Source of the DNA: Bacteroidota bacterium
GTDB lineage: Bacteria > Bacteroidota > Bacteroidia > NS11-12g > UBA955
DNA: 61,196 bases
NCBI GenBank assembly: GCA_030832905.1
Contig: JAURIG010000002.1
Coordinates: 1 to 61,196 of the forward strand
Direction: 5' to 3'
In this document: positions 54,901 through 61,196 of the stretch, piece by piece
How positions within the stretch are numbered: position 1 is the stretch's first letter
How the letters are laid out: every line of letters starts with the position of its first letter
The notes under the pieces: model-generated
Seen by the model: the letters and a program-made list of their open reading frames with translations, nothing else
Told to the model about the DNA's origin: nothing
Databases searched by the model: none
Position numbers and translations under genes: made by a program

Positions 54901-55577
54901 CTGTTGGAACTGTTAGTGCCGGTAATTTTAAATTCAATGATGCGCCAACAATGAATGATTCTAATGCTTGGGAATACCGAATTAAGGGCTCTGATTTGTG
55001 TGGTAATGTGTTGTACACCAATGTACACACCAATATTTTATTGAAAGGCTATAAAACCACTGGCTATGATGTGTTCATGTATTTTACACCCTATTTAGGA
55101 TGGTCTAATGCACAAGTGAAATACGATGTGTTTAGATGGTTGCCTACAAGCAATACCTATGAACTTTATGAGCCACAAATAAATGGCTTTAGCACACTTT
55201 ATAGCAATGGTTTAGAGGCTTATACGCAATGCTACAGAATTCGCGGTAATAAAGTTGGTACAGACACTTTTACTTGGAGCAATGAGGTTTGTTTTAATTT
55301 CGAGCCTGTGCTGTTTGTGCCCAATGCTTTTTCGCCTAATAAAGACGACTTAAACGAGCGCTTTGGCGTAAAAGGTGGTGCTTTAAAATCTGTCGAATTA
55401 CATGTGTTTAATCGATGGGGTGAAGAAGTATTTATCGGTAAAGATATTTCTGAAACTTGGGATGGTACCTACAAGAACCAAGATCAACCTCAAGACGTAT
55501 ATATGTATTACTGTAACTATGTTGGTTTTGATGGCAGACATTACACCGCGAGAGGCACCGTTACCTTGTTGCGATGA
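51954..55577 (+). CDS. large secreted cell-surface protein, T9SS type-B sorting-domain cargo
   Basis: 1207 aa. Signal peptide, then an N-terminal THLVGG...YRDC...CCRN domain, a DPDGDSLVY Ig-like domain, six tandem ~85-aa Cys-pair repeats, and a C-terminal VPNAFSPNKDDLNERF...FNRWGEEVF...WDGTY...GTVTLLR, which is the gliding-motility-associated / type-B CTD. Confidence 0.85.
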   Translation: MNGFRKHIAALCFVFALVLKLNATHLVGGFISYEYVGTSSFGARYTITITSYRDCKTGAIPYAKNIDVCVYQRSDLKLYKTFNFTLQSTELVKPVGRTDCPEATQVCLEKALYRNQIDLPTSSYGYFVKWEVCCRNTQVNLKNDMSGVPFIGQTYQTIIPPTNVKNSSPFFTDVPVPFICINDTAELSNYAVDPDGDSLVYKLATPWYGASYATNYPGCTPTYNAPVPISPTDYEPGYNGNIPFGVTGISQINSSSGVATFKATKTGNYAVALDLLEYRGGVLLSSTRLDLQILVINCSPNTKPYISTSSKNYTVMAGDKLCFNVVGSDKDKQNLTLNGFGDLLTGANGFIGNKATFSPAFANTTVTSQFCWQTSCNQARTQPYVFTARVVDDGCPSKFTMLTVNITVQPFTGKSTLTGPLTDCEGAKGIQYTINTTANTPAELIGLTHQVTVTGGTLVSVVGNKVTVNWNTGVSSGTISVQAVSKFGCLGAKSSININLVPAPATPTLKAFDTVCVNSNGTYAINNTAGYTYQWWVNNGTIQGASNTNSIAVVWGNPGKAWAKVVQYNSNGCPSDTALLQVWVSKPAIPQIVGKPSVCPNTKQVLYTIQTPNPKSAYKWFIWGGSIQSSPNSSSILVNWGNPGMGLVKVLELNAYGCSSDTGYFNVDKNYTLSVDQILGDTDVCANTFGEIYQVANAPNTVYNWAVIGGSIVSGQGTYKVLVDWSGASTGQISLYETSYDSVNNKNCVSNLVSRTVNIRLNPSANMINGVFEICQSNWQSTYTVNGMPGSSYVWAINGDTANIKGQGSSTISLSYKTAGSFIIKVIETSGFGCPGLPILDTLIIHPKPSTSAILGDSIICANNTLNFNYSVVGASSSTYTWSILGGTLKTINKNAVVVDWLGQANNWLKVVELSDYQCLGDTQTLKVYYDNPYLYLDYITVNPPPASDKGIDAFWHLVNAPLYKQNFEVQKRVAGSSAPFATVGTVSAGNFKFNDAPTMNDSNAWEYRIKGSDLCGNVLYTNVHTNILLKGYKTTGYDVFMYFTPYLGWSNAQVKYDVFRWLPTSNTYELYEPQINGFSTLYSNGLEAYTQCYRIRGNKVGTDTFTWSNEVCFNFEPVLFVPNAFSPNKDDLNERFGVKGGALKSVELHVFNRWGEEVFIGKDISETWDGTYKNQDQPQDVYMYYCNYVGFDGRHYTARGTVTLLR
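53190..54752 (+). repeat. six tandem protein-level repeats (~83-92 aa, PKD/Ig-like) inside the T9SS cargo
   Basis: Each unit follows the pattern x-C-x(8-12)-Y-[TSQ]-[VI]...Y-x-W-x-[VI]-x-GG-[ST]-[IL]...[VI]-x-W...G-C-x(4-6)-[LV]-x-V. The repeats are diverged at DNA level. Confidence 0.7.
55308..55574 (+). other. T9SS type-B C-terminal sorting domain (domain of the CDS above)
   Basis: The last 89 aa match the remembered TIGR04131-type consensus (PNAF[ST]PN.D..N..F ... RWG..V ... WDG ... G.V.L.R). Confidence 0.8.
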
Positions 55578-55658
55578 TTTTTTTAGACAGTCTCCCACCA
55601 ATATCAGTAATTTTTTTAAATCTTGCTCTAAAAAAACAACGACATTTGCATTTGAATT

Positions 55659-56006
55659 ATGGCTATAAAAATCACAGACGAATGTATTAATTGTGGAGCT
55701 TGCGAACCTGAGTGTCCGAACAATGCAATTTATGAAAGTGGCGTTGAATGGCGCATTAAAGACGGCACCAGTGTTGAAGGTAATTTCCAATTGATTGATG
55801 GCAGTTCAATTGCGGTTGATCAAAAAATGGCCCCAATAAGTCAAGAGGTGTATTACATTGTGCCAGATAAGTGTACAGAGTGTATGGGTTTTCATGAAGA
55901 ACCTCAATGTGCCGCTGTATGTCCGGTTGATTGCTGTGTGCCTGATCCGGATCACGCAGAAACAGAAGCCATTTTATTGGACAGAAAATCAAGACTTCAT
56001 ATTTAA
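55659..56006 (+). CDS. 4Fe-4S dicluster ferredoxin
   Basis: [12 protein letters not shown] plus CTEC...CAAVCP; 115 aa. Confidence 0.85.
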   Translation: MAIKITDECINCGACEPECPNNAIYESGVEWRIKDGTSVEGNFQLIDGSSIAVDQKMAPISQEVYYIVPDKCTECMGFHEEPQCAAVCPVDCCVPDPDHAETEAILLDRKSRLHI

Positions 56007-56746
56007 TGATGGAGCAAAAAGGAACTTGCCTTCAAACTTATATTCCAATGCGTTCAGAGCCCTCGCCGGCTGCTGAAATGGTAAGTAGTATTGTGTTTGG
56101 AGAGTCCTATACTGTTTTGCAATCAAAGCAAGGTTTCCTCGAAATCGAAACGGATTATGACCATTACAAAGGATGGATCAGTGCCAATACCTTTGAGCCT
56201 TACCAGGCATTTAATGCAGTGTGTGACGCATTGTTTTTGGAAGCCAAATCCAATCATGAATTCCTGTTGATCCCATGTGGCGCTATTCTGCCAGAATCCG
56301 GAAGTTTTGAGCGTCATGGCAAAACATTTAAATTGGCTAATGACCTCAAACCAACTCACCATCTGCCCTTGTCATTTAGTCTACAAAGCTTAGCTCAAAA
56401 ATTTCTTAATGTTCCTTATTTATGGGGTGGCAGATGCTTTATGGGCATTGACTGCTCTGGCTTTATTCAAATGGTTTTCAAGGCACATAATATTGCGTTA
56501 CCACGCGATACTTCACAACAAATAAATTGCGGCAAAGCAGTGGAATATGCCCAAGCAAAACCTTGTGATTTAGTTTTCTTTTCAAAGCCTGAAACCGATA
56601 AAGTATCACATGTTGGCCTTTTACTTGATAAACACAAAATCATACACGCCAGTGGTGTTGTAAAAATAGACGACTTAAGCCCTAATGGTATACAATCAGA
56701 GCAAGGTTTAATCTATAAAACCGTTGCGATTAGATCTGTTATATGA
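56006..56746 (+). CDS. C40 (NlpC/P60) family peptidase with N-terminal SH3b-like domain, no signal peptide
   Basis: GIDCSGFIQMVF (Cys), SHVGLLL (His), IIHAS (His). TAATG overlap with the ferredoxin gene. Confidence 0.8.
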   Translation: MMEQKGTCLQTYIPMRSEPSPAAEMVSSIVFGESYTVLQSKQGFLEIETDYDHYKGWISANTFEPYQAFNAVCDALFLEAKSNHEFLLIPCGAILPESGSFERHGKTFKLANDLKPTHHLPLSFSLQSLAQKFLNVPYLWGGRCFMGIDCSGFIQMVFKAHNIALPRDTSQQINCGKAVEYAQAKPCDLVFFSKPETDKVSHVGLLLDKHKIIHASGVVKIDDLSPNGIQSEQGLIYKTVAIRSVI

Positions 56747-57219
56747 GCATAGATCCCCATTGGAAAAAACGCAGTCGCGATCTTCAAAAGCAGTTTAAAA
56801 GATTCTTAGACCGCGTCAATGTCTCTAAGTACATTAAACAATTACCCGATTTACATGAAGAAGCTTTCTCAAATATTAACTGTTTGGATTGCGCCAATTG
56901 TTGTAAAAACCACAGCCCAACTTTTAAAACGCCTGATATCAAACGCATCAGTAAAGCTTTAAGGCTAAAAGAATCTGTTTTTATAGAGCAGTACTTAAAG
57001 ATTGACGAAGACAATGATTACGTTTTACAACAGTCACCCTGTGCATTTTTAAACGCCGATAATACCTGTCAAATTTACGATGATAGACCATCTGATTGTG
57101 CCAGATACCCCTACACCGACGAAGATGTTTTGCTTAAGCGCAAGCATATAACCCTTGCCAACACTCAAGTTTGCCCAGCTGTTTTTTCTGTATTAGAGAA
57201 AATCTCCTCAATTGATTAA
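56743..57219 (+). CDS. YkgJ family cysteine-cluster protein (UPF0153)
   Basis: CLDCANCC (CxxCxxCC) plus a downstream C...C...C. ATGA overlap with the C40 gene. Confidence 0.7.
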   Translation: MSIDPHWKKRSRDLQKQFKRFLDRVNVSKYIKQLPDLHEEAFSNINCLDCANCCKNHSPTFKTPDIKRISKALRLKESVFIEQYLKIDEDNDYVLQQSPCAFLNADNTCQIYDDRPSDCARYPYTDEDVLLKRKHITLANTQVCPAVFSVLEKISSID

Positions 57220-57229
57220 TTTTGTGCCG

Positions 57230-58225
57230 ATGAAAATTGATTGTCATGCGCACATTATGCCGGCTCATTGGCCTGATTTGAAATACAAATTTGGTTATGG
57301 TGGGTTTATTTATTTAGACCACGACCCTAAGACCAAAACGGCTAAAATGATGCGCGATGATGGTAAGTTTTTTAGAAAGGTTGAAGAGAATTGTTTCAAT
57401 CCCGAAGCCATCTTATGGGACATGTCTGCCAATCAAGTTGATCAGATGGTTTTGTGCACTGTGCCTGTATTGTTTAATTATTGGGCCAAACCCAATGATG
57501 CAGCCTGGTGGGCAAGTTTTTTAAATGATCATATTGCAGAAGTTCAAAGTCAAAGGCCTGATAAATTTATTGCCCTTGGTACTTTGCCGATGCAAGATGT
57601 TGCGCTCTCCATTAAAGAATTAGAGCGCCTCAAAACACTAAATATTAAAGGGGTTCAAATTGGTTCAAACATTAATAATGTCAACCTTGATGACGACCGT
57701 TTTCTGCCTTTATATGCAGCCATGCAAGACCTCGATATGGCTTTGTTTGTTCATCCATGGGAGATGATGGGCGAGGAGTTTACCCAAAAGTTCTGGTTGC
57801 CATGGTTAGTTGGTATGCCAGCGGAAACCTCTAGAGCTGTTTGCAGTATGATTTTTGGCGGCATTTTCGATAAGTTCCCAAACTTAAGGGTGATGTTTGC
57901 TCATGCCGGGGGTTCATTCCCATTTACACTTGGCAGAATTGCGCACGGATGGGCTGTTAGACCTGATTTGGTGAACCTTAATGATGTAAAAAATCCCAAG
58001 GATTATATCGGGAAATTTTGGGTTGATGGCATAACCCACGATATCAAAGCCTTTGATTATTTATTAGACATGTTTGGCTCTGAAAAAATATGCTATGGGA
58101 CTGATTATCCTTTTCCTTTAGGCGATTTAGAGCACGGGGCATTTATTGCCAATAATCCCAATATTTCTGATACAGATAAACGCAATATTTTTTCAGAATC
58201 TGTTAAACAGTTTTTAAAACTTTAA
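57230..58225 (+). CDS. amidohydrolase-2 family decarboxylase, ACMSD-like
   Basis: MKIDCHAHIMPAHWPDL (HxH), later FVHPW and FAHAGG, then a C-terminal YGTDYPF. Overall it resembles 2-amino-3-carboxymuconate-6-semialdehyde decarboxylase. Confidence 0.7.
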   Translation: MKIDCHAHIMPAHWPDLKYKFGYGGFIYLDHDPKTKTAKMMRDDGKFFRKVEENCFNPEAILWDMSANQVDQMVLCTVPVLFNYWAKPNDAAWWASFLNDHIAEVQSQRPDKFIALGTLPMQDVALSIKELERLKTLNIKGVQIGSNINNVNLDDDRFLPLYAAMQDLDMALFVHPWEMMGEEFTQKFWLPWLVGMPAETSRAVCSMIFGGIFDKFPNLRVMFAHAGGSFPFTLGRIAHGWAVRPDLVNLNDVKNPKDYIGKFWVDGITHDIKAFDYLLDMFGSEKICYGTDYPFPLGDLEHGAFIANNPNISDTDKRNIFSESVKQFLKL

Positions 58226-59032
58226 TTGAAACCTTTCGTCAAACATATTAGCAGTAGCAGCAACCCAACCTTTAAGGCGCTATTGTCTTTAGAGAAATCT
58301 AAGCAAAGGAAGTTGGATCAGTTGGCCATAGTAGAAGGTCATATTGAGCTTGCAATGGCGTTTGAATCTGGTTTGGAGTTTGTTCAATTGTTTTATACCA
58401 ATGCCCTCAAGGATAGCAGTATCATTAATAAAATCACCAGTCAATGGCCGCATTTAGCGGTTTTTGAACTCAGTCAAGACTTGTATGCTAAAACGGTATA
58501 CAGAGCTTCTACTGAACATATTTTTGCAGTGATTAAAACCCAAATGAAGACTCTTGATCAATTGCAATTGCCTAATTCACCATTGATTTTAATTGTAGAA
58601 GGGGTTGAAAAACCAGGTAATTTAGGTGCTATTTTAAGAACGGCTGATGCCTCTGCAGTAGATGCTGTTATCTGTTGTGATTTGCCGGGCGATTTGTATA
58701 ATCCCAATACCATCAGAGCGAGCTTAGGCACGGTATTTACAGTACCTATTGTGCTGACGGATGCTGATACACTACAAAAGTGGTTAACCCAAAAACAGAT
58801 CACTTGCTTTTGTTCTAATTTGCACAAGGCAGATAATTATTTTGAATTGGATTACACAAAAGCTTCAGCAATAGTAGTTGGAACAGAAGCTACAGGCGTT
58901 TCAGATAAATGGATTGCGTATGCCCAACACCAAGTTAAGATTCCAATGTTAGGTAAAATTGATAGCATGAATGTGTCTGTTGCGACAGCTATTATGCTTT
59001 ATGAAGCGAGAAGACAAAGATTAGGCCTTTGA
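58226..59032 (+). CDS. TrmH/SpoU family RNA 2'-O-methyltransferase
   Basis: VEGVEKPGNLGAILRTA, VVGTEATGVS and IPMLGKIDSMNVSVATAI. The TTG start directly abuts the upstream stop. Confidence 0.8.
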   Translation: MKPFVKHISSSSNPTFKALLSLEKSKQRKLDQLAIVEGHIELAMAFESGLEFVQLFYTNALKDSSIINKITSQWPHLAVFELSQDLYAKTVYRASTEHIFAVIKTQMKTLDQLQLPNSPLILIVEGVEKPGNLGAILRTADASAVDAVICCDLPGDLYNPNTIRASLGTVFTVPIVLTDADTLQKWLTQKQITCFCSNLHKADNYFELDYTKASAIVVGTEATGVSDKWIAYAQHQVKIPMLGKIDSMNVSVATAIMLYEARRQRLGL

Positions 59033-60442
59033 TTCAAATTGTTTGGCCAATTCAAACAACAGCCCTTCGTTACTGATATTTGACATTAATTGCATGCCAA
59101 TTGGCATTTGGTTGCCAGGATGTGTTGCATAAGGAATAGATAAGCCCGGAATGCCAGCTAAATTGGCTTGCACAGTGAACAAATCCGCTAAGTACATCGC
59201 AATAGGATCATTTGATTTTTCTCCCACTTTAAAGGCAACTGTACTAGTGGTTGGGGTAATGATCACATCAAAATTTTTGAAAATATCTAAAGTTTTTTGA
59301 CGGATCAATTGACGTACTTTTTGAGCTTTGGTATAGTAGGTGTCAAAATAATCGCTGGTCAATACAAAGGTGCCCAGCATAATTCTGCGTTTAACTTCAG
59401 GGCCGAAGCCTTCCGTTCTTGATAATTTATAGGTGCTTTCCAAGTCTGTGGCTTGGCTGCTTCTGTGCCCATAGGTTAAACCTGAAAAACGGCTTAAATT
59501 ACTACTGGCCTCAGCAGTGGTTAATATCTGATAACATGGCACCATGCTGTCTAAATATGGAAAATCGATGCCTTCAACTGTATGCCCTTTGCCTTTTAAT
59601 TCTGCTATAAAGGCTTCTGTAGCTTGCTTCACTTCAGCTTCAATGCCTGGGTGTTCGATGCAATCTTTGATGTAGGCTATTTTTAATGGACCTTTACTCG
59701 CTTTGGCATAATCGGGTTTTGTTTGCAGCATAGTCGCATCGTGTGCGTCTGGTCCGGCCATTACTTCCATAAGTAATTGCATGTCACTAACTGAACTGGT
59801 GAATGGACCAATTTGGTCAAAACTACTTGCAAAAGCGATAAGGCCCCAACGGCTCATACTGCCATAACTTGGGTATAAACCATAGCTACCAGTAAAAGCA
59901 GCTGGCTGCCTGATAGAGCCTCCAGTGTCACTGCCTAAAGAGGCAAGGCACATGTCGGCTTGAACAGCCACAGCACTACCGCCACTACTACCACCAGGTA
60001 CTCTGCTGTTGTCAAGTGCATTAAGCACCGGGCCAAAGGCAGAATTTTCATTGCTAGCACCCATAGCGAACTCGTCGCAATTGGTTCTGGCTATGATGAT
60101 GGCATCTTCAGCCAAGAGTCTTTCAACTACAGTGGCAGAAAACAGTGAAGTAAATCCGCTTAGAATTTTTGAAGCAGCAGAAGCAGGGTGGTCTTTGTAA
60201 ACAATGTTGTCTTTGATGGCCATTACCATGCCGGCTAATTTGCCTGCATTGCCTTGTTTGATTTTGTCTTGAATGAGCTGAGCTTGCGTTTTAGCTTCAT
60301 CAGAAAAAACCTCGAGGATGGCATTCAATTGTTGTTGAGTGCTTATCCTGTCGAGGTAATGATCTACAAGTTGAGGAAGAGTGATTTGATTGGCATCAAT
60401 AGCCGACCTAACCTCTAGCAAAGAAGAAAAACGCTTAGTCAT
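59021..60442 (-). CDS. gatA: Asp-tRNA(Asn)/Glu-tRNA(Gln) amidotransferase subunit A
   Basis: Amidase signature GGSSGGSAVAV and KDNI. The first ATG is 60442; the track start at 60457 is a TTG. Confidence 0.9.
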   Translation of the reverse strand: MTKRFSSLLEVRSAIDANQITLPQLVDHYLDRISTQQQLNAILEVFSDEAKTQAQLIQDKIKQGNAGKLAGMVMAIKDNIVYKDHPASAASKILSGFTSLFSATVVERLLAEDAIIIARTNCDEFAMGASNENSAFGPVLNALDNSRVPGGSSGGSAVAVQADMCLASLGSDTGGSIRQPAAFTGSYGLYPSYGSMSRWGLIAFASSFDQIGPFTSSVSDMQLLMEVMAGPDAHDATMLQTKPDYAKASKGPLKIAYIKDCIEHPGIEAEVKQATEAFIAELKGKGHTVEGIDFPYLDSMVPCYQILTTAEASSNLSRFSGLTYGHRSSQATDLESTYKLSRTEGFGPEVKRRIMLGTFVLTSDYFDTYYTKAQKVRQLIRQKTLDIFKNFDVIITPTTSTVAFKVGEKSNDPIAMYLADLFTVQANLAGIPGLSIPYATHPGNQMPIGMQLMSNISNEGLLFELAKQFESKA

Positions 60443-60457
60443 TGAGTCAACAAACAA

Positions 60458-60670
60458 CTATTTTTTTTCTTCAGAATCGCTTGGTTTGTCTTTCAAACCT
60501 TTTTCGATTTCGCTTTTCACATTGTTTTTAGCATCGTTGAATTCACGAATGCCGGCTCCTAAACCTCTCATTAATTCTGGAATTTTTTTACCTCCGAAGA
60601 AGATTAAAATCACCATCATGATTAGTAGCATAGAGCCACCACCAATGTTTTGTAAAAAAAGTATTGACAT
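60458..60670 (-). CDS. tatA: twin-arginine translocase TatA/TatE family subunit
   Basis: A single TM helix followed by FGGKKIPELMRGLGAGIREF and an acidic tail. Confidence 0.8.
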   Translation of the reverse strand: MSILFLQNIGGGSMLLIMMVILIFFGGKKIPELMRGLGAGIREFNDAKNNVKSEIEKGLKDKPSDSEEKK

Positions 60671-60690
60671 TTTTTTAAAAATTTACTTGG

Positions 60691-60698
60691 CAAAGATA
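60691..60698 (-). promoter_or_regulatory. Bacteroidota -7 promoter box (TATCTTTG), 20 nt upstream of the tatA ATG
   Basis: Exact TAnnTTTG on the minus strand (forward CAAAGATA). Confidence 0.4.
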
Positions 60699-60792
60699 CG
60701 CTTTCATATTTGATATTGAAATGATGATTTATTAATTTTTTAATCAAAAAATTTTTATAAATATCTTTTAATCTTTTGTTTTGCAAATAGAT

Positions 60793-60800
60793 TACATTTG
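60793..60800 (+). promoter_or_regulatory. Bacteroidota -7 promoter box (TACATTTG), 4 nt upstream of the frr ATG
   Basis: Exact TAnnTTTG on the plus strand. Confidence 0.4.
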
Positions 60801-60804
60801 AATT

Positions 60805-61196
60805 ATGAGCCAAACCATTCAGGAAGTTATGAGCGAATTCTCAGGAAACCTTGAGAAGTGCATACAGCACACCATTTACGAATTCACCAATATCAGAGCG
60901 GGTAAAGCCTCTCCAGGCATGTTAGAGTCTGTTGTGGTAGAGTATTATGGCTCTCCTGTGCCATTGTCTCAAGTGGCCAATGTGAGTTCGCCAGATGTCA
61001 GAACCATAATGGTTCAACCATGGGAGAAGAACATTATCAATGATATTGAACGTGCTATTATTAATAGCAATCTTGGATTTGCCCCAGGCAATGATGGCAA
61101 TTCTATTCGCATTACCATTCCTCCAATGACGGAAGAGCGCAGAGCGCAATTGTGTAAATTGGTTAAGCAAGAAGGCGAGTCAAGCAAAGTAGTAGC
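60805..61196 (+). CDS. frr: ribosome recycling factor (3'-truncated by the window end)
   Basis: My own translation from ATG 60805 is MSQTIQEVMSEFSGNLEKCIQHTIYEFTNIRAGKASPGMLESVVVEYYGSPVPLSQVANVSSPDVRTIMVQPWEK...PPMTEERRAQL. It is not in the ORF track because it runs off the end of the window. Confidence 0.9.
   Translation, partial: MSQTIQEVMSEFSGNLEKCIQHTIYEFTNIRAGKASPGMLESVVVEYYGSPVPLSQVANVSSPDVRTIMVQPWEKNIINDIERAIINSNLGFAPGNDGNSIRITIPPMTEERRAQLCKLVKQEGESSKVV

Noticed and set aside
55398-55790. A 130-aa minus-strand ORF spanning the cargo 3' end and the ferredoxin 5' end.
   Set aside because: It overlaps two strongly supported plus-strand genes, including the conserved T9SS CTD and the Cys motifs of the ferredoxin. 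It has no motifs of its own.
60922-61170. An 82-aa minus-strand ORF at the window end.
   Set aside because: It lies entirely opposite the clear ribosome recycling factor reading frame (plus strand from 60805).
1-61196. A search by eye for mobile elements, integrases or transposases, phage genes, toxin-antitoxin pairs, restriction-modification or other defence systems, CRISPR arrays, and tRNA, rRNA or tmRNA genes.
   Set aside because: No ORF shows recombinase, transposase, nuclease-helicase or Cas-like motifs. No spaced direct-repeat arrays or tRNA-like T-arm sequences were seen. All gaps between genes are under 210 bp. The window looks like core chromosome.

Overview
This is a 61.2-kb, low-GC, very gene-dense chromosomal segment with about 58 protein genes and very little non-coding DNA. 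Every marker I can read points to a Bacteroidota genome: a T9SS type-B C-terminal sorting domain, an rpmB-rpmG-DUF4295 operon, bshC, DUF4175/DUF4286/DUF4468-type genes, TAnnTTTG -7 promoter boxes and essentially no Shine-Dalgarno sequences.

The content is mostly housekeeping:
- Cell shape: mreB-mreC-mreD-mrdA-rodA.
- Menaquinone: a MenI-like thioesterase plus menF.
- Translation and secretion: tsaB, rimO, ftsY, rpmB/rpmG, gatA, tatA, frr (3'-truncated) and an RlmD-like and a TrmH-like methyltransferase.
- Efflux: a TetR-TolC-MFP-RND operon.
- Central metabolism: dapD, galE, sucB, kdsC, pyk and an ALDH7-like dehydrogenase.
- Envelope: several secreted peptidases (M1, DPP4-like S9, M28 glutaminyl cyclase, M54) and envelope glycosyltransferases.

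I found no rRNA or tRNA genes, CRISPR arrays, transposases, integrases, phage genes or recognisable defence genes. I therefore cannot point to a clear-cut novel island.

The observations most worth follow-up are:
1. A TetR gene followed by a terminator-like hairpin whose loop is the ATG of a lipoprotein archaemetzincin.
2. Seventeen exact TAnnTTTG boxes, nine of them only 4-10 nt from the start codon, which predicts leaderless or near-leaderless mRNAs.
3. A 1104-aa membrane-anchored coiled-coil protein translationally coupled to tsaB.
4. A 1207-aa T9SS type-B cargo with six tandem Cys-pair repeats and no adjacent PorP/SprF gene, divergent from a Cys-cluster-bearing GT9.
5. A tightly coupled ferredoxin / C40 / YkgJ / ACMSD-like / TrmH operon.
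6. A glutaminyl cyclase gene together with +1 Gln signal-peptide cleavage sites.
7. An orphan LytTR regulator with a degenerate receiver domain.

All functional calls rest on motifs and family resemblance that I recognise by eye. No database search was run.
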